Source of the DNA: Hyphochytrium catenoides
Taxonomy: Eukaryota; Protista; Hyphochytriomycota
Assembly (NCBI GenBank): GCA_900088475.1
Contig: FLMG01002572.1
Coordinates: 1 to 40,775, forward strand
DNA length: 40,775 nucleotides
Direction of reading: 5' to 3'
Part shown: positions 36,547 to 40,775 of the stretch, piece by piece
Numbering within the stretch: position 1 is the stretch's first letter
How the letters are laid out: each line of letters starts with the position of its first letter
The notes under the pieces: generated by a model
What the model saw: the letters and a program-made list of their open reading frames with translations, nothing else
Told to the model about the DNA's origin: nothing
Databases searched by the model: none
Translations under genes and position numbers: made by a program

Positions 36547-39500
36547 TTACTTCTTCTTCGCCTTCTTTGCAGCAGCTTTCTTTGCCTTCTTGGCTGCCTC
36601 TTCCTCTGCTAGTTTCCTTCTCTCTTCCTGCAGCTAAAGGAGCGAAGCGGTGTGTAGCTCATGAGAACAATCTGTAGAGTGCGTCTAGCGCTGTCGCACT
36701 TTTGCTAAAGAAAGAGAGAGAGGGAGAGGAAGGCTGATGATTGAATGAAGATGCCCACCTTGTATTCCTCCTTGTAAGCGGCTTTCAGCTTCATCAGCTC
36801 CTCTTCCACTGGTGTCAAGCGCTGAGAATCAACATTGGCCTTCTTCCCCTTGGACTTGAGGGGAGAGAAGGATGAGTAAGACTTCTTAACTTGTTCGTGA
36901 GAACTGGAAGGAGACGAAGTGCAGCACTGGCGACTTCACTTACTATGTGCTCCTCGAAGCCAGCGATGGCGTGCTGAAGCGCAGCGGTGAGTTCTTGGTG
37001 CTTGCTGCCATCAAAGCATTGGTACGCAGTTCCCTGGAGCACAGACAGTAGGAGACGAGAGTAACATGTCAAATTGGAGGCAGGGAAGAGACTGAGAGCC
37101 ATTTGTACGCTTTGTACGTTAAGCCAGGAGCGATAGAGAAAGAGGAACAATAGTCAACAAGAGCATGACATGGAAGGCTCCGAGAGAACCCTTCTTCCTT
37201 GACTAGTTGATCTTCTCAAGCTGTTGATCTCTTGTTACTTGCCTCGGCACCGCTTTCCGTCGCTGTGCTGGACTTCTGTGCCGTATAGGCAGGTATTAAG
37301 CCTTGCAGGTCAAGCTGCAAATAGAATGAGAGAATTGGACTGAGGCACTTCATCGCCTTGTCAACTAACTTCATCCCTCACCTCGCAACTAAGTTTGTCG
37401 CACAGCTCCTTAGCTTTAGCGAGGAGCTCAGAATTGGTTGGAAGAGCCTCTGCTTCCCTGATGGCTTCAGAAAGGCCAGAGATTGTGGACCTGAACTCCT
37501 GCCCTGAGGAAGAGAGAAGAAAATAGGATGGCTTAGAGAGAGAGGTCAAGACTCTGACGGACAAAGGTATGAGGTACCTCCCACAGGTATCTGGGAACAG
37601 ATAAGAAAATTTCCGTTCAGATAGATCTCCGCCTCTGCAGCTTCCAGAGTCTCTTCCGCCTTCCTTATCTCTTCCTCCTCCACTCCGCCCTCCCTAGCTG
37701 CCTGCAAGGCCGAGGAGACAAATGCCAGCCCAAAAGAGACCTGCAATGGCCTAGTGATGAAAGCAAGCGGGACATGACGACAGCCAGTCACCCATTAGCT
37801 GGAAGTATTAGACCGAAAGAGCACTACAAGTAGTCCAAGTCAACCTCGTTCTTCACTGACATAAGCGCGATTGTTGCTATGGCCATTGATGTGTCATAGG
37901 ATGTTTCTCTTTCTCTCTTCCCCTCTCTGTCTATCTCTGTGTCTGTCTCTCTGTGTCTCTCTTTCTGTCTCACTTTCGTCTGTCTCTCCCTCTACCAGCA
38001 TCCTCTTACTTGCTTTCGGCCATTCTTATGAATTCTACTGCTGTCATCTCTTCTTTCCTTTATCCAAGCACCCGTTTTCCTCACCTAATGCTCTCCAGAT
38101 CCTTCAACGCGGTCCGGAGTGCTGATTTTAGCGTGAGGCGCTTGAGAAAGATGCGCCCTTCGCTGATGAGCTCCACGTTTGCCCCAGCAGCCTGTGCGTC
38201 GATGAGCGCCTTCTCAAGAAGAGGAATGTCTTCTCCTTGGAGCTCTCCCAGGGCTTGGGCAGCAAGGGTAAGGATAAGTGAAGACTACGTGAGCACACGC
38301 GCGGGGAGCGACGCTTCAAGCGCGTAGAAGATCAGAAGAGATTAAGACCGAGAAGGCCGGTAACTCTTGGGCCTCAAGTCTTCTTCCCTTGTCAGCTTCC
38401 CCTCTTACTCCTCCCTCATTCTCATCTCCTTTCCTATCTCTCTCGCCCTCTATGTAAGCTTGGGACCCACGCTCTGATGCCTCTTTCATTCTCTCTCTCC
38501 TGTGGCCCTTGTAGCACGTGATGCTTACAGCTGGAGTCCTCTGGAGAGATCTTCATGGCAATGAGAAGCTCGCTCTCCGCCTTGTGGATAGTTTCGATGC
38601 ATTTCTTGCAGCAGCGAATGCGCTTGAAGAACGGAGACCCAGCCTCCTGAGGAATGTCAAACCTTCATCGTAGAGAAAGAGAGGGAAAGAAGGCAAAGCG
38701 ATAGAGTGACAGAAGAGACCATGCAGTCAGAGGTCAAAGTTGACGACGAGGCGCAGGCAAGAAATTTGAATAGAGTGACATGACAAATGGCAGACCCACA
38801 AACAACGGGCCAAGAGAAGGAACAGAAGAGAGATCAAAGTGGCAGGTCGTGCAACTGATAATGTCGCGTTTAAAAGGACATAACGAGCACGGCGAGAAGG
38901 CGGACGAAGCGCAGGTAATAGTTATGGGTGAGCTTCAGGGCAAGGTACCCGCACCAGAGACAGACAGCGCAAATATAGAGTGAGAAAAACCAGAAGAGAC
39001 GTGTTGCAGGCGTTACACCTACTGCTCGGTGCATTCCTGGGCAAAGAGGTTATTGCAGGAGTAGCAGAGAAAGCCTCTGGCTGAAGGAGTAAAGAGCCTG
39101 TGCGTCTCATTGCAGCGCTGCTGCCCTCCGATCTTAGATAGCAGCTCTCGCACGCGCTTGTCAGTGGCGAGCGCGATAGGAGGATTCCCATAAAGATTCT
39201 TTGAAGAAAGATCTAGGCCTTGAGATAGCAGGACCTGGAGGTAAGAGGTGCCACAAACAGACGTCGTATCAGAAGCAAGACCGCTCTCCTTTCCTTTCCC
39301 TTCTCTGTCTTTCTTTCTCTTTCCTCGGTCTTCTCTTTCTCTACCCATTTCCTCTCTCCCTCCATCAGTCCGTTCCTCTCGATTCCTATTCTGCTTTCTC
39401 TATTCCTTCCATGACTGGCCCTTGGAACGAAGGCTAAGGGCGATTCATGTCGCCTCCTTTCGTACTTCACCCTCGGTCTCCGTTCCCTTGTTAAGCTTCC

Positions 39501-39830
39501 GCTTTCGATATCGTGTTCTCATTCTCCCTTGTCCTCTCTTCCTCTCTTCTCACCTGCACTACTCCATAGTGGCCGTTTGCGCAGGCAAGATGTAGCGGAG
39601 TGTTGCCGCAGGAATCCTTCTTGTTGCAGGGGAAGCCCAGCTGCAGCAGCATCGAGACGATAGCCTCGTTGCCCTAGGGAGAGAAGGAAAGAGAGTAATA
39701 AGTAAGCTGAGAAGCACTCGTGTGGCAGCGGCAGGGTACATAAGTATTGACAGACAGTGGGGAGCGAGAGAGATGACGAGTGACGAGGATAGAACCAGGA
39801 AAAAGTACCCTCGTTTGTCTCATGCGCTAT

Positions 39831-39873
<43 letters not shown>

Positions 39874-40213
39874 CTCTCTCTGTGTGTCTCTCTGTGTGTC
39901 TCTCTGTCTCTCTCTCTGTGTCTCTCCCTCTTTCTCTCTCTCTCTCTGTCTCTCTCTGTCTCTCTCTCTCTCTCTCTCTCGCTCGATCTGTTCCGTTTCT
40001 CCTTCTTCTGCAATTGTGATCATTTGTTTCCCTTACGCAGTAGGCCGCAAGATGCATGGCCGTGGTTCTGGCATCATCACTGCTATTGTGCTCCACATCG
40101 TGAGTGCTATCTGAGCCTCCGTTCTGCAGGATAACCGAAGCAATCTGCATGATGGGACGACAGTAATATTTGAGAAGTCTGTGACCGTAACCAACTCTCT
40201 CTCTATCTCTATC

Positions 40214-40244
<31 letters not shown>

Positions 40245-40574
40245 CTCTCTCTCTTTCTCTCTCCGTCTCTCTGTCTCCCTCTCACTCCTTCTCTTGCGCT
40301 CTTTCTTTGGTTCTGGCGCACATCTCTTTCTCTCTCTCTCTCACTATCTATCGGAACTGTCGTCCTCATTTCTCTCTCCCCAACTTTCTGTTTTCGTCCT
40401 TTCCTCACTCCTTTGGGATTGCTCTTACTGCTGTGGAGTTCTTGGAGACGGCCCACATGAGGGGAGTCCACTCACTGCCTGGCTTTCTGAAATTGATGGG
40501 AGCGCCCATATCAATGAGATCCTCCACCCGAGCCAGATCTCCATTGTGCTTGCACAGGTATAAAAGCTCAGCCC
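36547..40574 (-). CDS. Ankyrin-repeat protein with degenerate FYVE-like zinc finger and C-terminal helical/coiled-coil, Lys/Ala-rich tail; 5' end lies beyond the window
   Basis: 12 exons in phase: GAPINFRKPGSEWTPLMWAV, TTAMHLAAYCGNEAIVSMLL..G, KDSCGNTPLHLACANGHYGVVQVLLSQG.D..SKNLYGNPPIALA; then RCNETHRLF..SARGFLCYSCNNLFAQEC..KRIRCCKKC; ends EEEAAKKAKKAAAKKAKKK* (TAA 36549-36547). Confidence 0.85.
37034..37242 (-). other. GC-AG spliceosomal intron in the ankyrin gene
   Basis: Donor GAG|GCAAGT; the only phase-0 donor that joins ..ESGAE to GTAYQCFDG..; nearby GT donors give stops. Confidence 0.7.
39833..39980. repeat. Compound (CT)n/(GT)n microsatellite in an intron
   Basis: Directly visible. 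Confidence 0.95.
40196..40345. repeat. Compound (CT)n/(ATCT)n microsatellite in an intron
   Basis: Directly visible. Confidence 0.9.
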
Positions 40575-40775
40575 CTGTTCAGAGAAAGAAAGAGACGTCA
40601 GAGAGAAAGAAGGGTGGTTTGTTGCCATGTGAATGTATGAGAGGTAAACGGATGAGGAGAACCACCACGTTTGGGCAGAGCCGAAGTGGTATGCGGTAGC
40701 TAGGGAGGGGAATTGAAGAGAGAGGGAGAGGCAAAAAAAGAGAAGAGAGAGAGAGAGACAAAGAGAGAAGGAGAA

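Noticed and set aside
1-40775. Alternative genetic code
   Set aside because: All nine gene models translate without internal stops, and TAA, TAG and TGA are each used as terminators

Overview
Gene-dense, intron-rich eukaryotic (protist-like) genomic DNA with short spliceosomal introns, the standard genetic code, abundant (GA/CT)n microsatellites and one 13-N gap. By splicing exons by hand and checking phase I can build nine genes: an RGLG-type copine/vWA-RING E3 ligase with an extra RanBP2/NZF zinc finger (-), a non-RD CAMK-group kinase (+), a 17-exon ~845-aa fusion of a motif-degenerate phosphopantothenoylcysteine synthetase (PPCS/CoaB)-like domain to a class-3 lipase with an apparently complete triad (-), a 71-aa three-exon membrane microprotein missed by the ORF track (-), an RPUSD2/RluA pseudouridine synthase (+), a protein with a C-terminal membrane anchor (-), a BAG6-like ubiquitin-like-domain protein (+), an ACBP-crotonase ECI2/PECI (+), and a 5'-truncated ankyrin + degenerate-FYVE + helical protein (-). 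The most striking feature is the pseudo-PPCS::lipase fusion. Regions 1-1.6 kb, 5.3-7.7 kb and 20-23.3 kb contain only unassigned or decayed ORF-like sequence. All family calls are by motif recognition; no database search was run.
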